Assembly (NCBI GenBank): GCA_977016875.1
Contig: CDRNST010000123.1
Coordinates: 2,232,001-2,296,000 of the forward strand
Source: Pavona decussata
Lineage: Eukaryota
Length of the DNA: 64,000 nucleotides
Direction of reading: 5' to 3'
The position numbers and the translations under genes are program-made. Shown here piece after piece: positions 1 to 8,008 of this stretch. How positions within the stretch are numbered: position 1 is the first letter of the stretch; every line of letters starts with the position of its first letter. The notes beneath the pieces were generated by a model. The model was not told the origin of the DNA. It ran no database searches and was given only the letters and a program-made list of their open reading frames with translations.

Positions 1-110
1 TTCTTCTGAGAATTGTCGTTTCCTGGATCACCAGTATTCAGTGGTGTTTCAAGATCGAAAAAGACATCTTCATAACGTTCTAAATATTTTGGATTCCTGA
101 ATGATTTCAT
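1..110 (-). CDS. N-terminus of an ORF running off the window, probably the major capsid protein (hexon/PY)
   Basis: ATG at 110 preceded by TAGTATA; open frame MKSFRNPKYLERYEDVFFDLETPLNTGDPGNDNSQK to the window edge. Identity inferred only from its position after penton and the pVI-like gene. Confidence 0.5.
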   Translation of the reverse strand, partial: MKSFRNPKYLERYEDVFFDLETPLNTGDPGNDNSQK

Positions 111-122
111 TATACTATTATA

Positions 123-506
123 TTACACAATTTTCCTCCTTCTGATTTTCCCACCAGATATTATCTGATTCACTCGATCTGCTATTTCCATATCAGAAAG
201 TTGTTTTGTCACCTTTGGCTGAGTGGACATGCTAGTAGGTGACAAAATTGAGGGTTGTTTTTTACTCAATAACTGAACTATCTTATCTCCGGCTTTATTC
301 CCAATATGCTCTCCAGTTTTTGTAACAGCCTTTGTAGCTGCTGTTTTAACTCCTTTTTTAGCTAATTCTTTGGTTGTTTTTCCGAATAATTTTGATGCAA
401 TTGATGTAAATATATTCCCACCAACAATTGATTCATCGTAAATATTCTTTCTAACATAACGACCCATTTCTGGGTCAAATCTTCTTTTGAATTCACTTTG
501 TCTCAT
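123..506 (-). CDS. Small basic virion protein, adenovirus pVI-like / adintovirus membrane-active class
   Basis: Two adenain-type (I/L/M)xGG sites (IVGG, ISGG); Lys-rich amphipathic segment NIFTSIASKLFGKTTKELAKKG; basic C-terminus KIRRRKIV. Confidence 0.65.
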   Translation of the reverse strand: MRQSEFKRRFDPEMGRYVRKNIYDESIVGGNIFTSIASKLFGKTTKELAKKGVKTAATKAVTKTGEHIGNKAGDKIVQLLSKKQPSILSPTSMSTQPKVTKQLSDMEIADRVNQIISGGKIRRRKIV

Positions 507-518
507 TATACAATTTCA

Positions 519-1289
519 TTACACAAAACTTGAACGTAGAATTAAACTCATAAACCAATCTATATTATTTAAATCAATGGGTCTGTTTAATGCATCCGTT
601 ACCGTTATTCTGATTTCGGATATAATATTCTTTGATACTGGACTGAATAAAGCTCTTTTCGGCTCAAAAGTAAATGGAAATGATCTTCTTAAATTATCTG
701 TTGGAATCATTATTAATGTATTTGTTAATACTCCATCGCTAATACTGTCGGTTATAAGATCACAATTTATGTTTATGACATCAATACTATTGGTTATATT
801 TGGAAGTTTGCTGCTATATTCAGTCTGTGTTATTATTTTGGGCTCAAAACCGATCAGATCACCGAATTTTGAATTGGATATATCTAATCTCCATTTATTT
901 CCAAGTTCGACAACGACACGATAACTTGATAAAACAAAATACAGTTTGACAGCTACACCATTAGCTGGTTGATCATCGTTTTGTTTAATGGCTTGTGTAA
1001 TATAATTATTGAGATCATCATAACTGTACATACCATCAACAAATGTGATTGTTTCCCAATTGGCTCCACTATCTTTGGAGTATTTGATTTTATTATTGTT
1101 GTTTTTATTATTGATATTATGCCATGAATAAGTCATTGACACACGATTGACTGCTAGTTCATGTTTCATATTGCTGTCAAGATAAATTGGTGGATTAAAC
1201 TTGATTGAAAAGTCTTCAGGCTGACTCCTACCTATTTTTTGACGATTAACGGATGATATCTTTATTTCTCGTTCTTGCATATATATCAT
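519..1289 (-). CDS. Minor capsid protein (penton, single jelly roll)
   Basis: Polinton penton-like motifs F.I.FNPPIYL, SWHNI, GMYSYDDLN, ININCDLI, ISEIRITVTD..NRPIDLN. ATG overlaps the upstream stop (TAATG). Confidence 0.85.
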   Translation of the reverse strand: MIYMQEREIKISSVNRQKIGRSQPEDFSIKFNPPIYLDSNMKHELAVNRVSMTYSWHNINNKNNNNKIKYSKDSGANWETITFVDGMYSYDDLNNYITQAIKQNDDQPANGVAVKLYFVLSSYRVVVELGNKWRLDISNSKFGDLIGFEPKIITQTEYSSKLPNITNSIDVININCDLITDSISDGVLTNTLIMIPTDNLRRSFPFTFEPKRALFSPVSKNIISEIRITVTDALNRPIDLNNIDWFMSLILRSSFV

Positions 1290-2428
1290 TAGAATACATA
1301 ATTATTCAACAGCTCAATGAGTTGTTTATTGGAAATCGTACCTAGTTGATTCAATTTATGGGCAATCTGTGAAAATTCATTTTTAACGGAGTTATTCCCA
1401 GCTAAAATGGATCCGCCGAGAAGTTCCATTCTGTCAAGTAGGTCATTTATATTATTGAAATAGACAACTCCTGACCCTATTTTTTTGAACTTATTACTGG
1501 TTTTATGGATTGGAATTTCACTCAGTTGGTTTAATTCATTGAAAACCATTTTGGCTATATCACTGTATTTCTTTTTTGAATTGAATCTCTTTGTGAGGAG
1601 ATCAATGGTGTCAAAATCAACCTTCTTATCAAGCACTTTTTGTCCATCTTTTGATGCAATAAGACGTAATTGTCCCATCAATTTGGGGATATCAATCATG
1701 AGACCACCATACTGACCATATTGATTTATCTTATACGCATTCCGCTTTGGTTGTGTATGCAAGCCTTCACCACTGAGGGTTTTGAGACCTTCTGGGATGA
1801 GTTGAATTCTTTTTCTGTATTTTTTAACAGCCTCCATTTTCATGTTTAACATATCGATTTCAGCTTCATTTGTGATTTTACCTTTACCTCTTGATAAAAC
1901 ACCTTTTTGTCTACCAATTTCCTTCATTATTTTCCCAACCTTATTATCATAATCCTTAAAAACAAGCGAACCATCCTTAATACGTTCTAATAGTGAACTA
2001 GGTGGAATTAATTCATATTCCATCATTATCTCAATTTCATCATCATTGAATCCTTTGTCCAGATTTGATTCATATGATGATTTCATCATAGCTGGTTTGT
2101 AACCAATTGGCAGTTTTGTTTCTTGTTGTGGTTGTGGTTGTAGTTGTGGTTGCCCAGGCTGAATTGCTAACATCTCAATGTTCTCCAAACCTGATGTGAT
2201 TGCTTTTTGGTTTTTCTGCAATTGCTTAATCAATTTATCCTGTTTGGCATCAATTGTTTGTTTTGTCTCTTCCTGAGCTTTAATTATTGGTTTGAACGTT
2301 TCTGATAAACCCTGTTGTAAATCTTGTTTATTATGCTTGTATTCCTTCAACGTGTCTCTTACCTCTTTAGTAAGGATTCCAGCCTTAATCTTGGCTTCAG
2401 ATATTTGTTTCAATCGTTGGATATCCAT
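1289..2428 (-). CDS. Conserved Polinton/adintovirus virion-module protein (coiled-coil N-terminus), function uncertain
   Basis: 379-aa intact ORF; C-terminal DLLDRMELLGGSILAGNN..NE motif resembles Polinton core proteins; adenain-type LSGE/G site; TAGTATAATG start. Confidence 0.65.
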   Translation of the reverse strand: MDIQRLKQISEAKIKAGILTKEVRDTLKEYKHNKQDLQQGLSETFKPIIKAQEETKQTIDAKQDKLIKQLQKNQKAITSGLENIEMLAIQPGQPQLQPQPQQETKLPIGYKPAMMKSSYESNLDKGFNDDEIEIMMEYELIPPSSLLERIKDGSLVFKDYDNKVGKIMKEIGRQKGVLSRGKGKITNEAEIDMLNMKMEAVKKYRKRIQLIPEGLKTLSGEGLHTQPKRNAYKINQYGQYGGLMIDIPKLMGQLRLIASKDGQKVLDKKVDFDTIDLLTKRFNSKKKYSDIAKMVFNELNQLSEIPIHKTSNKFKKIGSGVVYFNNINDLLDRMELLGGSILAGNNSVKNEFSQIAHKLNQLGTISNKQLIELLNNYVF

Positions 2429-2546
2429 TATACTATTTGCTTACATAAACTTATCTCAACTTATCTCAACTTATCTCAACTTATCTTTCAGAAATCACAT
2501 ACAAATCCATCATTTTTATTGTCTAATAAAATAGTATAATGGATAT
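2421..2546. promoter_or_regulatory. Bidirectional promoter: 18-bp inverted repeat spanning both start codons plus 4x AACTTATCTC
   Basis: ATATCCATTATACTATTT (2421-2438) is the reverse complement of AAATAGTATAATGGATAT (2529-2546); 10-bp tandem at 2448-2486. Confidence 0.65.
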
Positions 2547-3177
2547 TCCAAACTATGACAATGAAAATGAAAACAATAATTTCAAACGGCTTTATGGATT
2601 CATGCCTAATGATACATTTAGAATGCTTATATGCGGTAATTCTGGTTCGGGTAAAACTAACCTTCTTTATCACATGCTTATGCAGCCATTATTATACTAT
2701 GATCAAATACATCTTTATGCAAAAAATCTAGAACAAGCAAAGTATAAAGATATGATTCAAAAGCTAAATGATATATCAAATAGTGTTGGTTATGATGTGA
2801 TAGTTTATAGCAATGATCAGATAGTTCCAGTTGAGAGTTTAATGGATGATGAATCACAAAAGATTGTCATATTCGATGACTTTATTTGCGATAAAAACCA
2901 AAAACCATTAATCGATTATTTTATAAGAGGTCGGCATAAAAACTGCTCTGTTATTTACCTTAGTCAATCATTTTACAAGACGCCAAAGGACATCAGGTTG
3001 AACTGTTCACATTTCTGTGTCTACGACTTCCCAAGCAATAATGAACAGAGTCTGATATCCCGTGAATTGGGAGTTGATAAGGGAACATATATTAAAGCCA
3101 CCAAAAAACCATATTCTTTTCTCTATGTGGATAGACCTATGAAAGTTGTAAAAAGAAACTTTTACGGAACAGTCTAA
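2539..3177 (+). CDS. A32-like (FtsK/HerA) DNA packaging ATPase
   Basis: Walker A GNSGSGKT, Walker B IVIFDD, RGRH arginine finger, LSQS motif, IRLNC. Confidence 0.95.
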   Translation: MDIPNYDNENENNNFKRLYGFMPNDTFRMLICGNSGSGKTNLLYHMLMQPLLYYDQIHLYAKNLEQAKYKDMIQKLNDISNSVGYDVIVYSNDQIVPVESLMDDESQKIVIFDDFICDKNQKPLIDYFIRGRHKNCSVIYLSQSFYKTPKDIRLNCSHFCVYDFPSNNEQSLISRELGVDKGTYIKATKKPYSFLYVDRPMKVVKRNFYGTV

Positions 3178-3189
3178 TCAATTAGTATA

Positions 3190-5280
3190 ATGGGAATTTT
3201 CAATGATGAAGCAACTTCTACAACAGGTTCTGGATCAATAGGACAACAAGGTCCTCAAGGACCTCCAGGCGTTGGTTTTATACTAACAGATAATGGTGAT
3301 TATGACTTACAAAACAAAAAACTTGTTAATGTTAAACAAGGAGCTGATCCCAATGATGTTGTCACAAAGAGCCAAATACAATTGTTGGATAATGCTCCTG
3401 GTGATGTGCGAGCTAATAAAGCAGTAATTTACAGCAATACTGGCAGTGTTCATACCAACAGCATATATTTACAAGATATACCAGACGGTGCTGGTAGCTC
3501 TAATGATGTTCGATTAATGACTGAGCATCAGTCTTATGAAAACATTCATCTTCATATACCAGATTTGAAAAACTTTGATGGTTATGGTGGACGAGCTAAA
3601 AGCGAAATAATGGTCACATCAACAGAACAACATATCACCGGACGGAAAACATTTTTTGATATTAATGTTTTAAAACCTGATAATGACGATCAAGCAGCGA
3701 ATAAAAAGTACGTTGATGATTCTGTTAAAAAAATACCATCGCCTGATTTATCAGGTTATTTGGAAAAGGACGGATCATCACCAATGACTGGTAACCTTGA
3801 TATGGGTAATAAACAAATCACCAATCTTGGTGCTAATATACAAAATACCTATGATGTTGTCAATTTGGGTTTTTGTGATACTAAATACCAACAAAAAGTT
3901 TCAAATAGCGATCTTGATATGGATCAACATCGGATAAAAGATATGAAACACCCAACTGATGATAATGATGCTGTTACTAAATACTACGTTGATCAGAATT
4001 TTCTTAACCGTCTAAAACCTGATGCATTGGATGGTGATCTAGACATGCGTGGTCATACAGTTAAATTTCTGAAATTATCGAGCGAGCCATCAGCTGCTGC
4101 TCGGGTGGCTGAGCTGAATCTCAAAGCTGATAAAAACTATGTTGACAATCGAGATACCTATGTTATCAATGCTATTTCAACTTCAGTTAATACAGCTTTT
4201 AACACCACCCTGAGAAGAGATGGGACCAATTCAATGACTGCTGATTTAAATTTGGATGATCATAAGTTGATAAATGTTAAAGAGCCAACCGATGATAAAG
4301 ACGGTGTAAATAAAAAGTATTTTGAAGATAAACTTGCTGAATCACATTTGATTAGCAGTCACAAAACAAACGAATTCAAATACCTGTATGACACAGATGA
4401 ATCAGCTTCGGAGTATAATATAAGGGTAGATGGGTTCGAAGAGAACTTCAGAGAATCTGCTCATCAAAATAAAAAAGCTTATTCAATCACAATGATTAAG
4501 GACACTGATGGATCTAATGATTATCGAAGTGGTATCTCATTCAACATTTATCCATTACCCATTGGTACGTTCACAATGATATTCGAATACTATTGGCCTG
4601 AATCCACCAATGTATCATTGTCAACTCAGGGAACAACTGTCTATATTCACAAACAAGTCTATCGAGCATTCGACACGTATGGCAAACTTCTCGTTCAGAT
4701 TAATAACAACAGTAAAACCACACCTGATCGTATAACATTAGTCATCCATGGCAGAGCTGTAGTCCAGAACCCAGAAGGATACTTGGTTATTTATGGAATC
4801 AAAGGATGGAGTGACAGTGTTGATCCAAGGGTTTATGATGGGTTGAAAAATGAGATGTACGCTGATATTAATATGAATAATAATAGGATCGTAAATTTGG
4901 CTGATCCTACAGATGATAACGACGCCGTTACAAAAAAATGGATAAAACAACTATCAAGTGAAATTTATGTAAGTGGTAAAATAAGTGTACGAAATGGATT
5001 TTTTCAAAATGTTACTGGTGATAATTTAAATTTCACAAATGAAGTCACAATAGAAAAAATCCATCTTTATTCACCAACAATAAATACTAATTCATCCATT
5101 ACTTTCAATTTAGCAGGAGCAACAAATTTCGTTTCACGATTTAATTTCAGATTTATTACCACTGTTAATATTAACCGAAAATTTGATTCAATAAATAGTA
5201 TTCAGCTCCGTCTTTCAAGTGGACTTGGTATTGGTGATGTAAAATTCACAATAAAATATTCCAGTCTTAATATACATTAA
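3190..5280 (+). CDS. Putative trimeric virion fibre/spike protein
   Basis: Short Gly-X-Y stretch (GQQGPQGPPG); about 7 copies of G[DN]LDM..I.NL..P.D..DA..K.YVD (phage-fibre/YadA-neck-like); beta-rich C-terminal domain. Confidence 0.7.
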   Translation: MGIFNDEATSTTGSGSIGQQGPQGPPGVGFILTDNGDYDLQNKKLVNVKQGADPNDVVTKSQIQLLDNAPGDVRANKAVIYSNTGSVHTNSIYLQDIPDGAGSSNDVRLMTEHQSYENIHLHIPDLKNFDGYGGRAKSEIMVTSTEQHITGRKTFFDINVLKPDNDDQAANKKYVDDSVKKIPSPDLSGYLEKDGSSPMTGNLDMGNKQITNLGANIQNTYDVVNLGFCDTKYQQKVSNSDLDMDQHRIKDMKHPTDDNDAVTKYYVDQNFLNRLKPDALDGDLDMRGHTVKFLKLSSEPSAAARVAELNLKADKNYVDNRDTYVINAISTSVNTAFNTTLRRDGTNSMTADLNLDDHKLINVKEPTDDKDGVNKKYFEDKLAESHLISSHKTNEFKYLYDTDESASEYNIRVDGFEENFRESAHQNKKAYSITMIKDTDGSNDYRSGISFNIYPLPIGTFTMIFEYYWPESTNVSLSTQGTTVYIHKQVYRAFDTYGKLLVQINNNSKTTPDRITLVIHGRAVVQNPEGYLVIYGIKGWSDSVDPRVYDGLKNEMYADINMNNNRIVNLADPTDDNDAVTKKWIKQLSSEIYVSGKISVRNGFFQNVTGDNLNFTNEVTIEKIHLYSPTINTNSSITFNLAGATNFVSRFNFRFITTVNINRKFDSINSIQLRLSSGLGIGDVKFTIKYSSLNIH

Positions 5281-5290
5281 TATTATAATA

Positions 5291-5665
5291 ATGCCATACT
5301 TTGAAGATGAAAACGGAAACCATATATTGGATGAAAATGGAGATAAGATTGAATATACAGTCATACATGAAATGCAGCAAGATATCATATGGAAAGAACC
5401 AATTCACGTCAATGATGACGGTCACCTTGACACAGAAGACCGTCATCTGATTATCAAAGATGGAACACAACCAAATCATGCAATATCTCTGAGTCAACTC
5501 CAGAGCCACACAGAGGATACTATCAAACCACTGATTGACAATAGTATAAGACAATCTTTGGTGCAATTGGATTCTGACATCAAAGGACTATTGGAGAATA
5601 TGATGCGTACTAAAGTAAAACCGTTAATAATCAGCACGATTAATGAAGCTCTTAAAAAATCATAA
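5291..5665 (+). CDS. Small fibre-related protein (one degenerate neck repeat plus a helical tail)
   Basis: GHLDTEDRHLIIKDGTQPNHAISLSQL resembles the fibre repeat; begins 11 nt after the fibre stop. Confidence 0.55.
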   Translation: MPYFEDENGNHILDENGDKIEYTVIHEMQQDIIWKEPIHVNDDGHLDTEDRHLIIKDGTQPNHAISLSQLQSHTEDTIKPLIDNSIRQSLVQLDSDIKGLLENMMRTKVKPLIISTINEALKKS

Positions 5666-5695
5666 AATTTTGTGTAACAATAATTATAAAAGACT

Positions 5696-6166
5696 ATGAT
5701 TGATGTAACAGAGTTCAACCATGTCAGCAACACATTATCATCTGACCAAATCGATGAATTGAAATCTTATTACAAAACCTATCACAAAAAAATGTGGATT
5801 TACAAAAAAGCTTATAAATCCTATAGAAAATGGAAATTAATCGGTAACATCAGTTCTGCAATTATTGCTGCTGGTGGTATATCCAGTAGTATACCCACTT
5901 CAGGCATATCTCTTGTTGCGGCTACTGCTGTTTCACTTTTCATTCAAATATATTTGAAGCATAAGAATCTCGATATTAAAACATACCAATGTCATTACGC
6001 CTTTCTAAGATATGGGCACTTGTTAATATCCATAAAAGAAATCCTTAGAAGTGGCGAATCTGATGATGATCTCCTGATAAAACTACAACATGCTGATAAT
6101 TATATTTTAGACAACACACCGATTGTTGATAAACAAGCAAGGATGTATGATAAGTTATTTCACTGA
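5696..6166 (+). CDS. Small viral membrane protein with a hydrophobic hairpin (SLATT-like topology)
   Basis: Basic helix followed by LIGNISSAIIAAGGISSSIPTSGISLVAATAVSLFIQIYL. Confidence 0.6.
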   Translation: MIDVTEFNHVSNTLSSDQIDELKSYYKTYHKKMWIYKKAYKSYRKWKLIGNISSAIIAAGGISSSIPTSGISLVAATAVSLFIQIYLKHKNLDIKTYQCHYAFLRYGHLLISIKEILRSGESDDDLLIKLQHADNYILDNTPIVDKQARMYDKLFH

Positions 6167-6708
6167 CCTATTTCACCACCAATCAAATCCAATACACTAT
6201 CCCAATATTTTTTATAACTAGCCAATGTTCGGTCACTCTTAATACAAACAAGCGGACTGTGTTCTAATCCCATGGCGCTTAAAATTTGTTCTAATAAAAA
6301 TTTTATACTGATAATACGTTTCCTTTTCCCATTAATATGGGGAAGAATTTTATTTATTTCGACGAAAATACGATGTATTTTTACCCTCTGTTGATAATTA
6401 ACACATATTATCGATGCTGCCAATAAATCATCGATGATATTTTCAAGATGATATTTTCGATTGTAAACGCTCTTTTTACGAAAGCGATAAAGATTCTCTC
6501 GGAAATTAACATATTCGTTTACTACTTTATAGCCAGCAACTTGCCCGCAATTTTTACAAACTGAATAACCTCTATCAAGAATTATATGGGCATTAATACA
6601 ACATTGTTCGCGTTCGTTCGACTTACGATTTTCAAACTGCTCACGACAGAAAGGACAAGACTCTCCAAAATCCCTGAAACCTTCATGTATTTCTGAATCA
6701 CAATTCAT
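6160..6708 (-). CDS. VLTF3-like (poxvirus A2-like) late transcription factor with Zn ribbons
   Basis: Likely ATG at 6708 (MNCDSE). CPFC, CC..CKNCG; YNRKYHL, RKRIISIKFLL and IKSDRTL...YW align with the NCLDV VLTF3 motifs Y.R..HF, RKNFL.Y.YVL and LKS..KL....W. Confidence 0.8.
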   Translation of the reverse strand: MNCDSEIHEGFRDFGESCPFCREQFENRKSNEREQCCINAHIILDRGYSVCKNCGQVAGYKVVNEYVNFRENLYRFRKKSVYNRKYHLENIIDDLLAASIICVNYQQRVKIHRIFVEINKILPHINGKRKRIISIKFLLEQILSAMGLEHSPLVCIKSDRTLASYKKYWDSVLDLIGGEIGQ

Positions 6709-6897
6709 TCTACTATACAATATATTATTGTACACAATATTGTTTAATACATGTAAGAAAAAAAATAAATGAAAAAAGAAGCCTTTGTTATGCAAAATGC
6801 AAAACCGTTTAAATATTAAACATTTTCAAACTCAAACTCAAACTCATATTTTATCAGAAAAAATAACCACGATAACATTTTCATGGCTGACATATTT

Positions 6898-7025
6898 CAC
6901 AGATTTTTACACAAACTGTGGAAGTTACACAGAATTTTATACATGATGTGAAAGTTACACAGAATTTTATACAAGCTGTAAAAGTTACACAGAATTTTAT
7001 ACAAGCTGTGGAAAATTCTGTGTAA
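6898..7025. repeat. 30-bp tandem repeat (about 4 units) capped by an inverted half-unit
   Basis: CACAGAATTTTATACAAGCTGTRRAAGTTA-like units at 6898, 6928, 6958, 6988; AAAATTCTGTGTAA at 7012-7025 is the inverse of 6985-6998. Confidence 0.9.
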
Positions 7026-7098
7026 TCATTTCATTCGCTAGAAACTCATACGACTGTCTCATGACCTTGAACACAATAGACTGAATTTAGACGCAAGC

Positions 7099-7141
7099 GG
7101 GAAAGTCCCACTGCATTACATCATTTCCGAGAAAGTGAAAC
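7099..7141. promoter_or_regulatory. Candidate immune/stress-responsive enhancer (kB, ATF/CEBP, GAS, IRF-E)
   Basis: GGGAAAGTCCC 7099-7109; ATTACATCA (=TGATGTAAT) 7115-7123; TTCCGAGAA 7125-7133; GAAAGTGAAAC 7131-7141. Confidence 0.6.
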
Positions 7142-7239
7142 AGTATTTGGATAATGGCGTGAATGCGTTTCTTACGCGTAAGAAAAAAAGTAACGTCGAA
7201 GAGACAAGCTATTGACAGTAAAGAATAAATTTTTCATTT

Positions 7240-7269
7240 AAAAATCCTTAATTAATCTTAAGGATTTTT
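7240..7269 (-). terminator. Perfect 12-bp-stem hairpin just after the stop of the 193-aa ORF
   Basis: AAAAATCCTTAA-ttaatc-TTAAGGATTTTT, 15 nt downstream of the stop at 7285. Confidence 0.4.
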
Positions 7270-7284
7270 CCATAAAACATTATT

Positions 7285-7866
7285 TCAAATACCTAAATTT
7301 GATAAAACATCATAACGACTATCTTCTTCATCACTAATTGGAACATAATAGTTTCTTCTAAAATGCTTTGCCTCTTTTCTATTAAAATGTATTTTTTTAA
7401 ATTTATCATACGATATTGTATTTACTGGGAAAAAATATTTGTTTAATTTTGTGACAAAACTTTTACCATCATTAACACAATGATGGCAAACTGGAAAATA
7501 ATCATTTTTGTAATTTTTAAATATCCTATATATTCCATTATCTCTATTTTCAATATATTTATCTTTTTTACATTCAACTAATTGTATTTTTTTACAATTC
7601 ACACATTCAAACATTTTTTCAATCAATTCCCGATTATATAAACATTTCAAAATAAAGTAATAATCAATCATCATTTCTTTATGATGCACATATTTTTTAA
7701 TTTTTAAAAACTTTTTATAAGATTCCATGCTTTCAGTAATATCTTCCCCTGATATCTCTTTCACATCTTCAATAAAATTTTTTTTAACATCATTTTTACA
7801 TCTAATAAAAGAATTCAAACGATTAGTCAAATGGTTTTTTAAAATAAATATATTATATTCACTCAT
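7285..7866 (-). CDS. Hypothetical Lys-rich viral protein with two CxxC pairs (putative Zn binding)
   Basis: 193-aa ORF in extremely AT-rich DNA; CVNC and CHHC; TATA-like TATATAA just upstream. Confidence 0.6.
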   Translation of the reverse strand: MSEYNIFILKNHLTNRLNSFIRCKNDVKKNFIEDVKEISGEDITESMESYKKFLKIKKYVHHKEMMIDYYFILKCLYNRELIEKMFECVNCKKIQLVECKKDKYIENRDNGIYRIFKNYKNDYFPVCHHCVNDGKSFVTKLNKYFFPVNTISYDKFKKIHFNRKEAKHFRRNYYVPISDEEDSRYDVLSNLGI

Positions 7867-8008
7867 TCAATATATTATATATAAGCGGTTTCTCTTTAAG
7901 CCTTTTTGGATTTGACCTTGGGAAATTATTTGCTTTAAAATGCAATACTTTTGCTATTTGCAGGTTTGTGGTGTCCATGTTTTCGCTTATAAATAAGTCT
8001 AAATTTCA

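Noticed and set aside
487-924. 145-aa plus-strand ORF, and similar ORFs at 1485, 2292, 2324, 4738, 5267, 5494
   Set aside because: Antisense or overlapping shadows of real viral genes.
6709-6795. N-terminal extension of the VLTF3-like ORF given in the track
   Set aside because: Starts at a non-ATG codon and is low complexity; ATG at 6708 precedes the first Cys motif.
6898-7025. CRISPR-like array
   Set aside because: Units are contiguous with no unique spacers; eukaryotic viral context; no cas genes.
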